Assembly (NCBI GenBank): GCA_963715505.1
Contig: OY970242.1
Span: 2,683,788 to 2,747,787 of the forward strand
Direction: 5' to 3'
Origin: an uncultured Microthrixaceae bacterium
GTDB lineage: Bacteria > Actinomycetota > Acidimicrobiia > Acidimicrobiales > VFJN01
Length of the DNA: 64,000 bases
A model generated the notes under the pieces. That model worked only from the letters and a program-made list of their open reading frames with translations. It was not told the DNA's origin and did not search any database. Position numbers and translations under genes: made by a program. Positions 8,605 to 18,108 of this stretch are shown piece after piece (position 1 is the first letter of the stretch; each line of letters opens with the position of its first letter).

Positions 8605-9279
8605 TCACCAGCGGGTCTGACCGAAGCGGTAGCCGACCGAGCGGACCGTCTGGATGAGGTTCGCGTGCTCCTCGCCGAGCTTGGCGCGCAACCGCCGGAC
8701 GTGGACGTCGACCGTGCGGGCGCCGCCGTAGTACTCGTACCCCCAGACCCGCGAGAGCAGCGTCTCGCGGGTGAAGACCTTGCCGGGGTGGGAGGCGAGG
8801 AACTTCAGCAGCTCGTACTCCATGTAGGTGAGGTCGAGCGGCTTGCCGGCCATGACCGCCTGGTAGGTCTCGACGTTGAGCGCCAGGTCGCCGTACTCCA
8901 CCAGCTCGGGGCGCGTGCCGCGACCGGTCCGTCGGAAGAGGTGCTTGAGCCGCGCCTCGAGCTCGCGTGGGTGGAACGGGTGCAGGCAGAAGTCGTCGAA
9001 GAGGTCGTCACGCAGATCGAGGTCGTGCAGCTGGGAGCCGGACACGAGCACGAGCAGCGGCTCGAGCGGGACATCGCCCTTGCGCAGGGCGCGGCAGATC
9101 GCGAAGGCGCCTTCGGGGTCCTCGGCGGCCAGCACGATGGCGCCGGCCCACCCCTCGTCGGGCTCCGCGCCGGCGATCGCCGCCACGGACGCCACGCCCT
9201 TCCAGCCGTAGCCGCCCAGGTCGAGGCACTGGGCGAGCTCCGGCGGGACCGGGTCCGGGAAGATCAGCAGCGATTCCAT
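8605..9279 (-). CDS. glnR: OmpR-family orphan response regulator of the GlnR type
   Basis: ATG 9279 is in frame with ORF 8605..10644. It has an atypical receiver domain (MESLLIFPDPVPPELAQ...DDFCLHPFHPRELEARLKHLF) and a C-terminal winged-helix (LTYMEYELLKFLASHPGKVFTRETLLSRVWGYEYYGGARTVDVHVRRLRAKL). It lies directly downstream of a GS gene. Confidence 0.8.
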   Translation of the reverse strand: MESLLIFPDPVPPELAQCLDLGGYGWKGVASVAAIAGAEPDEGWAGAIVLAAEDPEGAFAICRALRKGDVPLEPLLVLVSGSQLHDLDLRDDLFDDFCLHPFHPRELEARLKHLFRRTGRGTRPELVEYGDLALNVETYQAVMAGKPLDLTYMEYELLKFLASHPGKVFTRETLLSRVWGYEYYGGARTVDVHVRRLRAKLGEEHANLIQTVRSVGYRFGQTRW

Positions 9280-9299
9280 GCCGTGGGTGGCCGGCGGCG

Positions 9300-10637
9300 T
9301 CAGAGCCGGGGCAGGTACCGGTCCAGCTCGAACTGCGACACGTGCCGCTTGTACGCCTGCCACTCGGCGCGCTTGTTGCGGATGAACCACGTGAAGACGT
9401 GCTCCCCGAGCGCCTCCGCGACGAGCTCGGAGCGCTCCATCTCGTCGAGCGCCTCGGCCAGGGACCCGGGCAGGATCGCCATGCCCTCGGCCAGCCGCTC
9501 CTGCTCGGTGAGCTGGTAGAGGTTGGCCGACGTCTCCGCGGGCAGGTCGTAGCCCTCCTCCACGCCCTTCAGGCCAGCGGCGAGGATCACCGAGAAGGCG
9601 AGGTAGGGGTTGCAGGACGGGTCGGGCGCCCGGAACTCGATGCGCGTGGAGTCGGCCTTGCCGACCTTGATCGGCGGCACGTTGACCACGACCGAGCGGT
9701 TGTTGCGCGCCCAGGCCACGTAGATGGGCGCCTCGAAGCCGATGACGAGGCGCTTGTACGAGTTGACCCACTGGTTGGTGACCGCGGCGATCTCGCGGGC
9801 GTGGTGGAGCACGCCGGCGATGAACCCGCGGGCGACCTTCGACAGGTTGCGGTCGTCGCCCGGGTCGTAGAAGGAGTTGGTGTCGCCCTCGAACAGCGAG
9901 AAGTGGGTGTGCATGCCCGAGCCCTGCACCTCGGCGAGGGGCTTGGGCATGAAGGTGGCGTGCACGCCGGCTTCGAGCGCCACCTCGCGCACCACGAGGC
10001 GGAACGTCATGACGTTGTCCGCCATGGTGAGCGCATCGGTGTAGCGCAGGTCGATCTCGTGCTGGCTCGGCGCGTCCTCGTGGTGGCTGTACTCCACGGG
10101 GATGCCCATCGCCTCGAGGGTGTGGATCGTGCGCTGGCGGAGGTCGGACGCCACGTCGGCGGTGGTGAGGTCGAAGTACGAGGCCTGGTCGAGCGGCTTG
10201 GGCGGACCCTCCGCCGGGTCGCCGTTGGCGAAGTAGAAGAACTCGACCTCGGGGGCGGCGTAGAAGCTGAAGCCTCGCTCGCGCGCCTTGTCGAGGTTGC
10301 GACGCAGCACCTGGCGGGGATCGCCCTCGAAGGCGGTGCCGTCGATGTTCGTGATGTCGCAGAACATGCGCGCCGAGGTGCCGTAGGAGTCGGCCCACGG
10401 GAGCAGCTCGAAGCTGTTCGGGTCGGGGCGGGCGAGCACGTCGCTCTCCTGGACGCGGCTGAAGCCGTCGATCGCCGATCCGTCGAAGCGCATGCCCTCG
10501 TCGAAGGCGCCCTCGAGCTCGGCGGGCGAGATGGCGAAGGACTTGAGCTGGCCGAGGACGTCCGTGAACCAGAGCCGGATGAGCCGGACCCCTCGCTCCT
10601 CGACCGTGCGCAGGACGTAGTCTCGCTGCCGCTCCAT
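9300..10637 (-). CDS. glnA2: type I glutamine synthetase paralogue (GlnA2-like, 445 aa)
   Basis: ATG 10637 (MERQRDYVLRTVEERGVRLIRLWFTDVLGQLKSF...). GS signatures are HHEDAPSQHEIDL, KPLAEVQGSGMHTHFSL, NSYKRLV and RIEFRAPDPSCNPYLAF. Confidence 0.85.
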   Translation of the reverse strand: MERQRDYVLRTVEERGVRLIRLWFTDVLGQLKSFAISPAELEGAFDEGMRFDGSAIDGFSRVQESDVLARPDPNSFELLPWADSYGTSARMFCDITNIDGTAFEGDPRQVLRRNLDKARERGFSFYAAPEVEFFYFANGDPAEGPPKPLDQASYFDLTTADVASDLRQRTIHTLEAMGIPVEYSHHEDAPSQHEIDLRYTDALTMADNVMTFRLVVREVALEAGVHATFMPKPLAEVQGSGMHTHFSLFEGDTNSFYDPGDDRNLSKVARGFIAGVLHHAREIAAVTNQWVNSYKRLVIGFEAPIYVAWARNNRSVVVNVPPIKVGKADSTRIEFRAPDPSCNPYLAFSVILAAGLKGVEEGYDLPAETSANLYQLTEQERLAEGMAILPGSLAEALDEMERSELVAEALGEHVFTWFIRNKRAEWQAYKRHVSQFELDRYLPRL

Positions 10638-10676
10638 GGCGCAATGATGACAGCCAGCCACGACGAGCGACACTCC

Positions 10677-10724
10677 GTGACGGTCGTTCACATTCCGTTC
10701 ACACGAGCGAAAAGGCCGGGAAAC
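10677..10724. promoter_or_regulatory. candidate GlnR-box array in the glnA2/glnII divergent intergenic region
   Basis: Five 5-nt half-sites at about 11-bp phasing: GTGAC(10677) n6 TCACA(10688) n5 TTCAC(10698) n6 GAAAA(10709) n6 GAAAC(10720). This resembles the Streptomyces GlnR consensus gTnAc-n6-GaAAc. Confidence 0.35.
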
Positions 10725-10812
10725 CGCCCGCTGCGAGCGTGGAGCCGCCACCGCCGGGCCATGTGCCGGCGATCCCTCTGCCCACCACTCCTACCTGGAG
10801 GAACGAAACCCG

Positions 10813-11826
10813 ATGGCGTACAAGGCTGAGTACATCTGGATCGACGGCACCCAGCCGACGGCCAAGCTCCGCTCGAAGACGAAGGTCCTCGACGACGGCG
10901 TGCAGGCAGCAGACCTGCCGATCTGGGGCTTCGACGGCTCCTCCACCAACCAGGCTCCGGGCGACGCGTCGGACTGCGTGCTGCAGCCCGTGTTCACCTG
11001 CCCCGACCCGATCCGGGGCGGCAGCAACATCCTCGTGCTCTGCGAGGTGCTCTACATCGACATGACGCCGCACGAGAGCAACACCCGCCGGGCGTGTGCC
11101 GAGACGGCCGAGCGCTTCGCCGCCCACGAGCCGATCTTCGGCATCGAGCAGGAGTACACGTTCTTCAAGGACGGGCGCCCCTACGGCTTCCCGTTCGGCG
11201 GCTTCCCGGCGCCCCAGGGCGGCTACTACTGCGGTGTGGGCGACGACGAGGTCTACGGCCGCGACGTCGTCGAGGCGCACCTCGACGCCTGCCTCGCTGC
11301 CGGGCTGCACATCTCCGGCATCAACGCCGAGGTGATGCCCGGGCAGTGGGAGTTCCAGGTCGGCCCGGTGGCGCCGCCCCAGGTCGGCGACGAGCTGTGG
11401 GTGGCCCGCTGGCTTCTCTACCGCATCGCCGAGGACTTCGGGATCTCGGCCACGCTCGACCCCAAGCCGGTGAAGGGCGACTGGAACGGTGCCGGGGCCC
11501 ACACCAACTTCTCGACCAAGGCCATGCGCGAGGGCTACGACCCGATCATCGCGGCGTGCGAGGCCCTCGGCACCAGGGTCAAGGAGCACGTGGAGCTCTA
11601 CGGCCACGGCATCGAGGATCGCCTCACCGGTCAGCACGAGACGGCGCCCTACGACCAGTACAGCTACGGCGTCTCCGACCGGGGTGCCTCAGTGCGCATC
11701 CCCTGGCAGGTCGAGGTCGACAAGAAGGGCTACATCGAGGATCGCCGGCCCAACGCCAACTGCGATCCGTACGAGGTGACCCGCATCATCGTCGACACGG
11801 TCTGCGGCGCCGCCCTGGAGGCGTAG
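10813..11826 (+). CDS. glnII: type II (eukaryote-like) glutamine synthetase
   Basis: MAYKAEYIWIDGTQPTAKLRSKTKVL...GFDGSSTNQA...EQEYTFF...GPYYCGVG-like GGYYCGVG...NAEVMPGQWEFQVGP...HTNFST: a collinear GSII signature set. 337 aa. Confidence 0.9.
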   Translation: MAYKAEYIWIDGTQPTAKLRSKTKVLDDGVQAADLPIWGFDGSSTNQAPGDASDCVLQPVFTCPDPIRGGSNILVLCEVLYIDMTPHESNTRRACAETAERFAAHEPIFGIEQEYTFFKDGRPYGFPFGGFPAPQGGYYCGVGDDEVYGRDVVEAHLDACLAAGLHISGINAEVMPGQWEFQVGPVAPPQVGDELWVARWLLYRIAEDFGISATLDPKPVKGDWNGAGAHTNFSTKAMREGYDPIIAACEALGTRVKEHVELYGHGIEDRLTGQHETAPYDQYSYGVSDRGASVRIPWQVEVDKKGYIEDRRPNANCDPYEVTRIIVDTVCGAALEA

Positions 11827-11845
11827 CCCACCCACCCCCCGCCGC

Positions 11846-11934
11846 GTTCCTGCGGCACCTCGTCGTTCCTACGACACACCTCGTCGTTCCTGCGGCAGCT
11901 GATCAAGGTCTTGCTGAGCTTCTGCCGCAGGAAC
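11846..11934 (+). repeat. three direct GTTCC-headed repeats ending in a GGTCTTG-loop hairpin (dispersed hairpin family, copy 1); may double as the glnII terminator
   Basis: GTTCCTGCGGCACCTCGTC / GTTCCTACGACACACCTCGTC / GTTCCTGCGGCAGCTGATCAA-GGTCTTG-CTGAGCTTCTGCCGCAGGAAC. GTTCC occurs at 11846, 11865 and 11886; the loop is 11907-11913. The hairpin is followed by GACGGGTTTTGG. Confidence 0.7.
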
Positions 11935-11988
11935 GACGGGTTTTGGCAGCGACTACCGTGCCTGGTCGGTCGAACCGAGGAGGCAACG

Positions 11989-13413
11989 ATGGAGGAGCGC
12001 ACCGCCAACGAGGTGCTCGAGCTGGTCGGGTCCGAGGCGGTCGAGTTCGTCGACCTCCGGTTCTGCGACCTGCCCGGCGTCATGCAGCACGTGACCATCC
12101 CGGCCGGCGTGCTCGACGAGGGCCAGTTCGAGGATGGCCACGCGTTCGACGGGTCCTCGGTCCGTGGGTTCCAGGAGATCCAGGAATCCGACATGGTGCT
12201 CATCGCCGACCCCAACACCGCCTACCTGGACCCCTTCCGCGCCCGCAAGACGCTGGTGATGCACTGCTACGTCGCCGATCCGGTCACGGGTGAGCGCTAC
12301 AGCCGCGACCCGCGCTACGTCGCGCAGAAGGCACAGGAGCACCTGTTCTCCACGGGCCTCGCCGACACCGCCTACTTCGGACCCGAGCCCGAGTTCTTCA
12401 TCTTCGACGACGTGCGGTTCGAGACGAAGCCGAACGGCAGCTTCTACCAGGTCGACTCCGTCGAGGGTCAGTGGAACACCGGCAAGGACGAGGGCCCGAA
12501 CCTCGGCTACAAGCCCCGCACCAAGGAGGGCTACTTCCCGGCGCCGCCGATGGACCACTACATGGACCTGCGCTCGGAGATGTCGGCCACCCTGCACCAG
12601 GTCGGCATCGAGACCGAGCTGCACCACCACGAGGTCGCCTCGGGCGGACAGGGCGAGATCGGCATGCGCTTCGACACGCTGCTGGCGATGGCCGACAAGC
12701 TGATGACGTTCAAGTACGTGCTGAAGAACGTCGCCTGGGCGGCCGGCAAGAGCCTCACGTTCATGCCGAAGCCGATCTTCGAGGACAACGGCTCGGGCAT
12801 GCACACGCACCAGTCGCTCTGGAAGGGCGGGGAGCCGCTCTTCTACGACGAGGCCGGCTATGCGGGCCTGTCGGACCTCGCCCGCTGGTACATCGGCGGG
12901 CTGCTGCACCACGCCGACGCCGTCATCGCCTTCACGAACCCGACGACCAACAGCTTCAAGCGGCTGGTGCCGGGCTACGAGGCGCCGGTGAACCTCGTCT
13001 ACAGCCAGCGCAACCGCTCTGCCGCCTGCCGGATCCCCCTCGGTCAGCGCAGCCCGAAGGCCAAGCGCGTCGAGTTCCGCTGCCCCGACAACACCTCGAA
13101 CCCGTACCTTGCCTTCTCCGCGATGATGCTCGCCGGCCTCGACGGCATCACGAACCGCATCGAGCCGCCGACGCCGATGGACAAGGACCTCTACGACCTG
13201 CCGCCCGAGGAGCTGGCGCAGGTCCCCCAGGTCCCCGGCTCGCTCGAGGCCGCGCTCGACGCGCTCGAGGCCGACAACGACTTCCTCCGGGTCGGCGGCG
13301 TCTTCACCGACGACCTGCTCGACACCTGGATCGCCTACAAGCGCTCCCATGAGGTCGACGCCCTCCGCCTGCGCCCGCACCCCTACGAGTTCACCCTCTA
13401 CTACGACATCTGA
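11989..13413 (+). CDS. glnA: type I glutamine synthetase (GSI-beta, adenylylatable)
   Basis: ATG 11989 is preceded by GAGGAGG. Sequence: [30 protein letters not shown]...; [45 protein letters not shown]. The adenylylation-site context is [12 protein letters not shown]. Confidence 0.95.
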   Translation: MEERTANEVLELVGSEAVEFVDLRFCDLPGVMQHVTIPAGVLDEGQFEDGHAFDGSSVRGFQEIQESDMVLIADPNTAYLDPFRARKTLVMHCYVADPVTGERYSRDPRYVAQKAQEHLFSTGLADTAYFGPEPEFFIFDDVRFETKPNGSFYQVDSVEGQWNTGKDEGPNLGYKPRTKEGYFPAPPMDHYMDLRSEMSATLHQVGIETELHHHEVASGGQGEIGMRFDTLLAMADKLMTFKYVLKNVAWAAGKSLTFMPKPIFEDNGSGMHTHQSLWKGGEPLFYDEAGYAGLSDLARWYIGGLLHHADAVIAFTNPTTNSFKRLVPGYEAPVNLVYSQRNRSAACRIPLGQRSPKAKRVEFRCPDNTSNPYLAFSAMMLAGLDGITNRIEPPTPMDKDLYDLPPEELAQVPQVPGSLEAALDALEADNDFLRVGGVFTDDLLDTWIAYKRSHEVDALRLRPHPYEFTLYYDI

Positions 13414-13440
13414 GCGGGAAGGGCGCTGGGCGTGCCCTGG

Positions 13441-15126
13441 TCAGAAGGGGGCGAGCATGCAGTAGTAGACGGGCGAGAGGAGCGCGTCGAGCGGTGAGCG
13501 GGCGCGCATCGCTTGGCTGGCGGCGGGGCGCGGTGGTGCGCCGTCGGGCCACGCCGCTTCCCTCGGCGGGAGACCGAGGGCGGCACGGATCTGGGGTTGG
13601 AGCTCGAGCACCCAGAAGCCACCCGTGCGCGTCGTCAGCCAGATGTGGCCGGTGTCGGGCAGGTAGCGCACGTGCCCCCACGCCTGGTCGAAGCCTCGCT
13701 GGCCCTCGAGGTTCAGCACGGGGTCGAGCGGCGACCCGGAGAGGTCGAGGAGCGGGACGTCGAACAGGCCGGGGCTGAAGTAGGCGACCTCGACCGGGGC
13801 ATCGGCATCCCGGATGTCGAACACCCGCAGGCCGGCGTTCCACATCGACACCATGGCGAAGGTGGTGTCGTTCGGATCGTCGACGTCGTGGTAGTGCGCT
13901 GAGGCGTTGACGCCCGACGCCAGCTGGTCGAGGCAGTGGGCCGGGTCGTTGATCGCAAGGGTCAGGCGGCCCCGGTCGACCGGCGCGGTCTCGTCGCTGA
14001 TGTCGGTGAGGAAGGCCTGGGCCACGCCGCCGACGGGCGTGAGGTCCGGCAAGCAGCCGTTGGCGGTGAGGTTGACGACCGACTCGTCCGAACGGAGCAG
14101 GAACGGGCGGCCTTCGATGGTCGCGGTGCGGATCGAGTGGCCCGGTCCCGCGAAGCGCGACACGAGCCGGGCCGGGCGGGTGGGCCAGCCTCCGATGTCG
14201 ATGACCATGGACGCCTCGTCGCCGGGGAACTGGCCACCGATGTACAGCCGCGTGCCGTCGGCCGACGGCCAGGCCTCGTGCGCGAACTCGAGCTGCTGCA
14301 CCCCCTGAGCCCGCAGCTGGTTCTCCAGGCTGCCGAGGTACGCCGGCCGGGTGGGGTCCGTGAGGTCGAAGGCCTGGAGCGGGAGCGTGCCCCACACGGT
14401 GCGCGCATCGGGCGAGAGCGTCAGGTTGTGCACGCTCTGCGGGAAGTCGATGGACGACAGGAGCCGGGGGTGCTCGCAGTCGGAGACGTCGTAGACGTCG
14501 ACCGGCGCCGACTGGACGGGGGGCTGGAAGTTGAAGAACAGGCCGTAGCGCCCGACGACGAGGATGGAGCGGTCGGGCGCGTCGACGGCGTGGAGGGTCT
14601 CGAGCGCGTCCTTGGATCCCTGCGTCGTGAGGGTGCCGACCTGCCGTGGCGCCGAGGGCTCGGACACGTCCACCACCGCGACGCCCTCGCCCGCCACGTA
14701 GGCGCAATGACCGGCCCAGGCCATGTTGGCGTTGGCGCCCCTCCCGCCGAGCGAGCTGTAGCCGACGACCGAGAGGCCGCAGCTGTAGCCCTCGCGAGCT
14801 CGACCGGAGCGCTGGTCCGCGAGCGGGATGTCGCCCTGGATCCCCGTCTCGGGCCGGTCGTTCGCTCCGCAGTGGGGCTGGGGATCGGCCGGCGCCGCAC
14901 CGGGGGGCTCGACGGTCACCTGGAGCGCTTGGTCCCCGCCGGCCGACGCAGCAGCGCTGGGTCCCGCGCCGCCCGGCCCGACCGACGCGGAGGCGGCGAT
15001 CGAGCCGTCGCGCGCGCTCGGCTCGCGATCGGGCGCGGCGGTCCCGGAGGTGCGTGCCCCAACCGCGCCGAGCTGGAGCGCGAGCGACATCACGACTGCT
15101 CCAGCCAACGCCCGCGTCCTGCGCAT
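13441..15126 (-). CDS. secreted protein, probably a beta-propeller (LVIVD-repeat-like)
   Basis: Signal peptide MRRTRALAGAVVMSLALQLGAVGA. Repeated V-D-V/S-D motifs (VAVVDVSEPSAP, VDVYDVSDCEHP, AFDLTDPTRP, VFDIRDADAP). 561 aa with consistent GC3. Confidence 0.65.
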   Translation of the reverse strand: MRRTRALAGAVVMSLALQLGAVGARTSGTAAPDREPSARDGSIAASASVGPGGAGPSAAASAGGDQALQVTVEPPGAAPADPQPHCGANDRPETGIQGDIPLADQRSGRAREGYSCGLSVVGYSSLGGRGANANMAWAGHCAYVAGEGVAVVDVSEPSAPRQVGTLTTQGSKDALETLHAVDAPDRSILVVGRYGLFFNFQPPVQSAPVDVYDVSDCEHPRLLSSIDFPQSVHNLTLSPDARTVWGTLPLQAFDLTDPTRPAYLGSLENQLRAQGVQQLEFAHEAWPSADGTRLYIGGQFPGDEASMVIDIGGWPTRPARLVSRFAGPGHSIRTATIEGRPFLLRSDESVVNLTANGCLPDLTPVGGVAQAFLTDISDETAPVDRGRLTLAINDPAHCLDQLASGVNASAHYHDVDDPNDTTFAMVSMWNAGLRVFDIRDADAPVEVAYFSPGLFDVPLLDLSGSPLDPVLNLEGQRGFDQAWGHVRYLPDTGHIWLTTRTGGFWVLELQPQIRAALGLPPREAAWPDGAPPRPAASQAMRARSPLDALLSPVYYCMLAPF

Positions 15127-15279
15127 CCGATGGTTCTTCGACGCCCGCTGGGCGACTCCTGTCTGCAGGCGCCACGCCCGGGCGCGATCTTCCCAAGCAG
15201 GAGCGGGCGTCCTAGTCTCGACTCAGCGTTGAGCAGGAGCGCCGGCGGGATCGGACGTGGGGGAAGGATCTGCGGGCAG

Positions 15280-15642
15280 GTGAACGGTGACTACGGGGTG
15301 GACGTCTCGAACGAGGGACGTGGCGACGTGCGGCTGTCGGTGTGGGGCATCGTGGACGGGGCGACGGCGCCCGAGATGCTCGACGCCATCCTCTGCGCCG
15401 CGTTCACCTACGACCAGGGTCAGGTCATCATCGATCTCGCCGGCGTGTCGCACCTGGACCCGACGGGGCTCGCTGCCCTGCGCGCGGCGCACCGCAACCT
15501 CGTCGCCGACGGCACGCGCCTCTCCGTGCGCAACCCGAACGCCGAGGTGACCAAGGTGCTCCACGTCAGCGGCCTCGACACCTATCTCAACATCGAGTCC
15601 GACCTCGAGCCCGGTCCCCCGGTGCTGCGGCGCGTCGGCTAG
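15280..15642 (+). CDS. STAS-domain anti-sigma-factor antagonist
   Basis: Tail of ORF 13936..15642; GTG 15280 follows GGGGGAAGGA. Sequence: ...VIIDLAGVSHLDPTGLAALRAAHRNLVADGTRLSVRNPNAEVTKVLHVSGLDTYLNI. The stop TAG (15640-15642) lies inside the IS target duplication. Confidence 0.7.
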   Translation: MNGDYGVDVSNEGRGDVRLSVWGIVDGATAPEMLDAILCAAFTYDQGQVIIDLAGVSHLDPTGLAALRAAHRNLVADGTRLSVRNPNAEVTKVLHVSGLDTYLNIESDLEPGPPVLRRVG

Positions 15643-15643
15643 C

Positions 15644-16704
15644 TGTAGGTCCCATGGACGTTGCTGACAGGTAGGCGGGTCCACCGATGAGTTGAGCCTC
15701 CGAGGAAACGTGTGGCTGTCGAGGTCACAACGCTTCCAAGGAGGCTCGATTGCACCGTAACGCCAGGCTCACCGAGTGGGGCCGACAAGAGCTCGTTCGT
15801 CGAATGGACGCCGGGACTCCGGCCGCGACGGTCGCCCGGCAGATGAACGTGTCGCGAGACACGGTCTACAAGTGGTGGCGGCGCGCCCATGCCGAACCTG
15901 ACGGCGCGTGGTGGCGGGACCGGTCCAGCCGCCCCCACCGCTCGCCGGCGAAGACCCGCCGGAAGCTCGAACGGAAGATCCTGAGCCTTCGTCGCAACAA
16001 GAAGCTTGGCCCCGGCCGCATCGCGGGGCGTCTGGAGATCGCCCCATCGACAGTGCACGCGGTCCTCGTCCGCAACGAGGTCTCTCGGTTGGCGTGGATG
16101 GACCGCCCGACCGGTCGGGTGATCCGCCGCTACGAGCACGACCACCCCGGCGACCTGGTCCACGTCGACATCAAGAAGCTCGGTCAGATCCCACCGGGCG
16201 GCGGCTGGCGCGCCAACGGTCGCACGACCGAGAGCCGCTCGGCGGCCCGCCGACGCAAGGTCGGCTACTGCTACGTGCACTCAGCCATCGATGACCACTC
16301 CCGACTCGCCTACAGCGAGATCCACGACGACGAACAAGCCGTCACGGCCGCCGGGTTCTGGCGGCGAGCCCGCACCTTCTTCGAAGCCCACGACGTCACC
16401 GTGCGTGCCGTGCTCACCGACAACGGCGGCTGCTACCGCTCTCGCGAGTGGCTGAAGGAAGTCGTCGCCGGAGGCGCCTCCGCCCGCTACACCCGGCCCT
16501 ACCGGCCCCAGACCAATGGCAAGGTCGAACGCTTCAACCGCACCCTCCTCGAGGAATGGGCCTACACCCGCACCTACCGCTCAGAAGCCGAACGACGTCG
16601 ACGACTCGACACCTGGCTCCACCTCTACAACCATCACCGCTGCCACACCGCCCTCGGCGGCCAACCACCCATCACCCGCGTCGACAACGTGTCTGGGACC
16701 TACA
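15644..16704 (+). mobile_element. IS481-family insertion sequence, 1061 bp, intact, with a 6-bp GCTAGC target-site duplication
   Basis: The ends are TGTAGGTCCCA...TGGGACCTACA (imperfect IRs, 20/25 identical). It is flanked by GCTAGC at 15638-15643 and 16705-16710. It contains one DDE transposase ORF. Confidence 0.9.
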
Positions 16705-16709
16705 GCTAG
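15750..16709 (+). CDS. IS481-family DDE transposase
   Basis: MHRNARLTEWGRQELVRRM... (HTH), ...LVHVDIKKLG...HSAIDDHSRLAY...TDNGGCY...RPQTNGKVERFNRTLLEEW. TTG start. The stop TAG (16707-16709) is supplied by the duplicated CTAG target. Confidence 0.9.
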   Translation: MHRNARLTEWGRQELVRRMDAGTPAATVARQMNVSRDTVYKWWRRAHAEPDGAWWRDRSSRPHRSPAKTRRKLERKILSLRRNKKLGPGRIAGRLEIAPSTVHAVLVRNEVSRLAWMDRPTGRVIRRYEHDHPGDLVHVDIKKLGQIPPGGGWRANGRTTESRSAARRRKVGYCYVHSAIDDHSRLAYSEIHDDEQAVTAAGFWRRARTFFEAHDVTVRAVLTDNGGCYRSREWLKEVVAGGASARYTRPYRPQTNGKVERFNRTLLEEWAYTRTYRSEAERRRRLDTWLHLYNHHRCHTALGGQPPITRVDNVSGTYS

Positions 16710-18049
16710 CGACCGGCGGCGCCGACGGAGTCGTCGGTCGCAGCGAGGTGCCAGCGGCCGCGCCCCGCGGCCTTGGCGGCGTAGAGCGCCGCGTCGGACC
16801 GCTCGAGGAGCGAGTCGATCGACGCCCCGGCCGTGCACATGGCGATCCCCACGCTGGCGCCGATCTCGAGGCTCGCGTCGTCCAACACGACCGGCCGTTG
16901 CAGCGCCTCGATGATGCGCTGCGCCACGCCGACGGCTTCGAGCTCGTCGACGAGGCCGACGCACTCCACCACGAACTCGTCGCCACCCATCCGCGTGATG
17001 CGGTCGCCGGGACGCACCGCCCCCCGGAGGCGGTCCGCGACGGTGACGAGGACGAGGTCGCCGGCGCTGTGCCCGTGGCGGTCGTTGACCCGCTTGAAGT
17101 CGTCGAGGTCCACGTAGAGCAGCGCGGCGTCGGGGTGGCTGCCTCCACCGGAGCGGTCGAAGAAGCGCTCTCGGTTGGCGAGCCCCGTCAGGGAGTCGTG
17201 GAAGGCGGCGTGGGACAGGCGCTCCTGCATCGCCGTGCGCTCGAAGGCCAGGCCCGCCGCCGTCACGATGTGGCCGAGCTGCTCGGCCTGGTTGGGGCTC
17301 ATGACTCCGGCCGTGCGCCGCGTCACGACCACGCCCGCCCGGCCGGCGCCCGTGAGGGCCCGGGGCAGGGGGTGCAGCCACCAAGCGGACACGCCGGCGG
17401 CGGCCAGCAGCCGGTGGTGGTCGTCGGTCTCGGCGGCGACGTCGGCGACCTGCGTGACCGCACCGCCGTCGAGCGCGCGCCACCACGGACCGGGGGTCTT
17501 CAAGGCCACCTGCACGGGCTCGGAGATGTGCTCCCCGCCCACCAGCCGCCGGCCGACGTCGTCCTGCACGAGCCAGCATCCCGCGGCCGAGAAGGGGCTG
17601 GCCCGGAGCGACTCCGCGAGCACCTCGAGCGTGGCGTCGACCGCGCCGCCGGCCGCGACCGACGACAGCGCGGCGGAGATGTGGGGCGCCGTCGACTCCG
17701 GGGTGATCACCACCACGATGGCCTCGACGTCCGGATCGGCGAGGAGGTTCTGCGCCCAGAGGTCACCGTGGCGGACGCTGCCGTCGACGTGGCGATAGCG
17801 GATCTTCACGGGTCCCATGGCGACGTCGGGGTTCTCCGTCCCGAACGCCAGCAGGCCGGAACTCCGCGCCGCTTCCGCCGTGCTGAACTCGACGATGTTG
17901 CGCCCGACCACGTCGGACGCCGCCACGCCCACGAGCCGCAGCGCAGCCGCGTTGGCGTCGAGGATCGTGCCGTCGGGGCTCAAGTGCAGCACCCCGACCG
18001 GAAGGCGGTCCAGGACTGCGCCCGGCTCGCCCGTCGCCTCCGAGCTCAT
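16706..18049 (-). CDS. PAS-sensor diguanylate cyclase (PAS + GAF-like + GGDEF)
   Basis: ATG 18049 follows GGAGGA. PAS region: LDRLPVGVLHLSPDGTILDANAAALRLVG. GGDEF domain: DSLTGLANRERF...LLYVDLDDFKRVNDRHGHSAGD...RMGGDEFVV...ALYAAKAAGRG. The minus-strand stop TAG (16708-16706) lies in the other TSD copy. Confidence 0.85.
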   Translation of the reverse strand: MSSEATGEPGAVLDRLPVGVLHLSPDGTILDANAAALRLVGVAASDVVGRNIVEFSTAEAARSSGLLAFGTENPDVAMGPVKIRYRHVDGSVRHGDLWAQNLLADPDVEAIVVVITPESTAPHISAALSSVAAGGAVDATLEVLAESLRASPFSAAGCWLVQDDVGRRLVGGEHISEPVQVALKTPGPWWRALDGGAVTQVADVAAETDDHHRLLAAAGVSAWWLHPLPRALTGAGRAGVVVTRRTAGVMSPNQAEQLGHIVTAAGLAFERTAMQERLSHAAFHDSLTGLANRERFFDRSGGGSHPDAALLYVDLDDFKRVNDRHGHSAGDLVLVTVADRLRGAVRPGDRITRMGGDEFVVECVGLVDELEAVGVAQRIIEALQRPVVLDDASLEIGASVGIAMCTAGASIDSLLERSDAALYAAKAAGRGRWHLAATDDSVGAAGR

Positions 18050-18108
18050 GGGTCCTCCGTCGCCGCGGCGGCGCAGCCGCTCCTGCCGGGAGAGAGGATA
18101 CGACGCGC

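Noticed and set aside
11846-11905. The three GTTCC-headed direct repeats upstream of glnA, considered as GlnR boxes.
   Set aside because: The spacing (19 and 21 nt) and sequence do not fit gTnAc-n6-GaAAc. The same sequence family also recurs at loci unrelated to nitrogen metabolism (27.4 kb, 53.4 kb). They are treated as part of the dispersed hairpin repeat instead.
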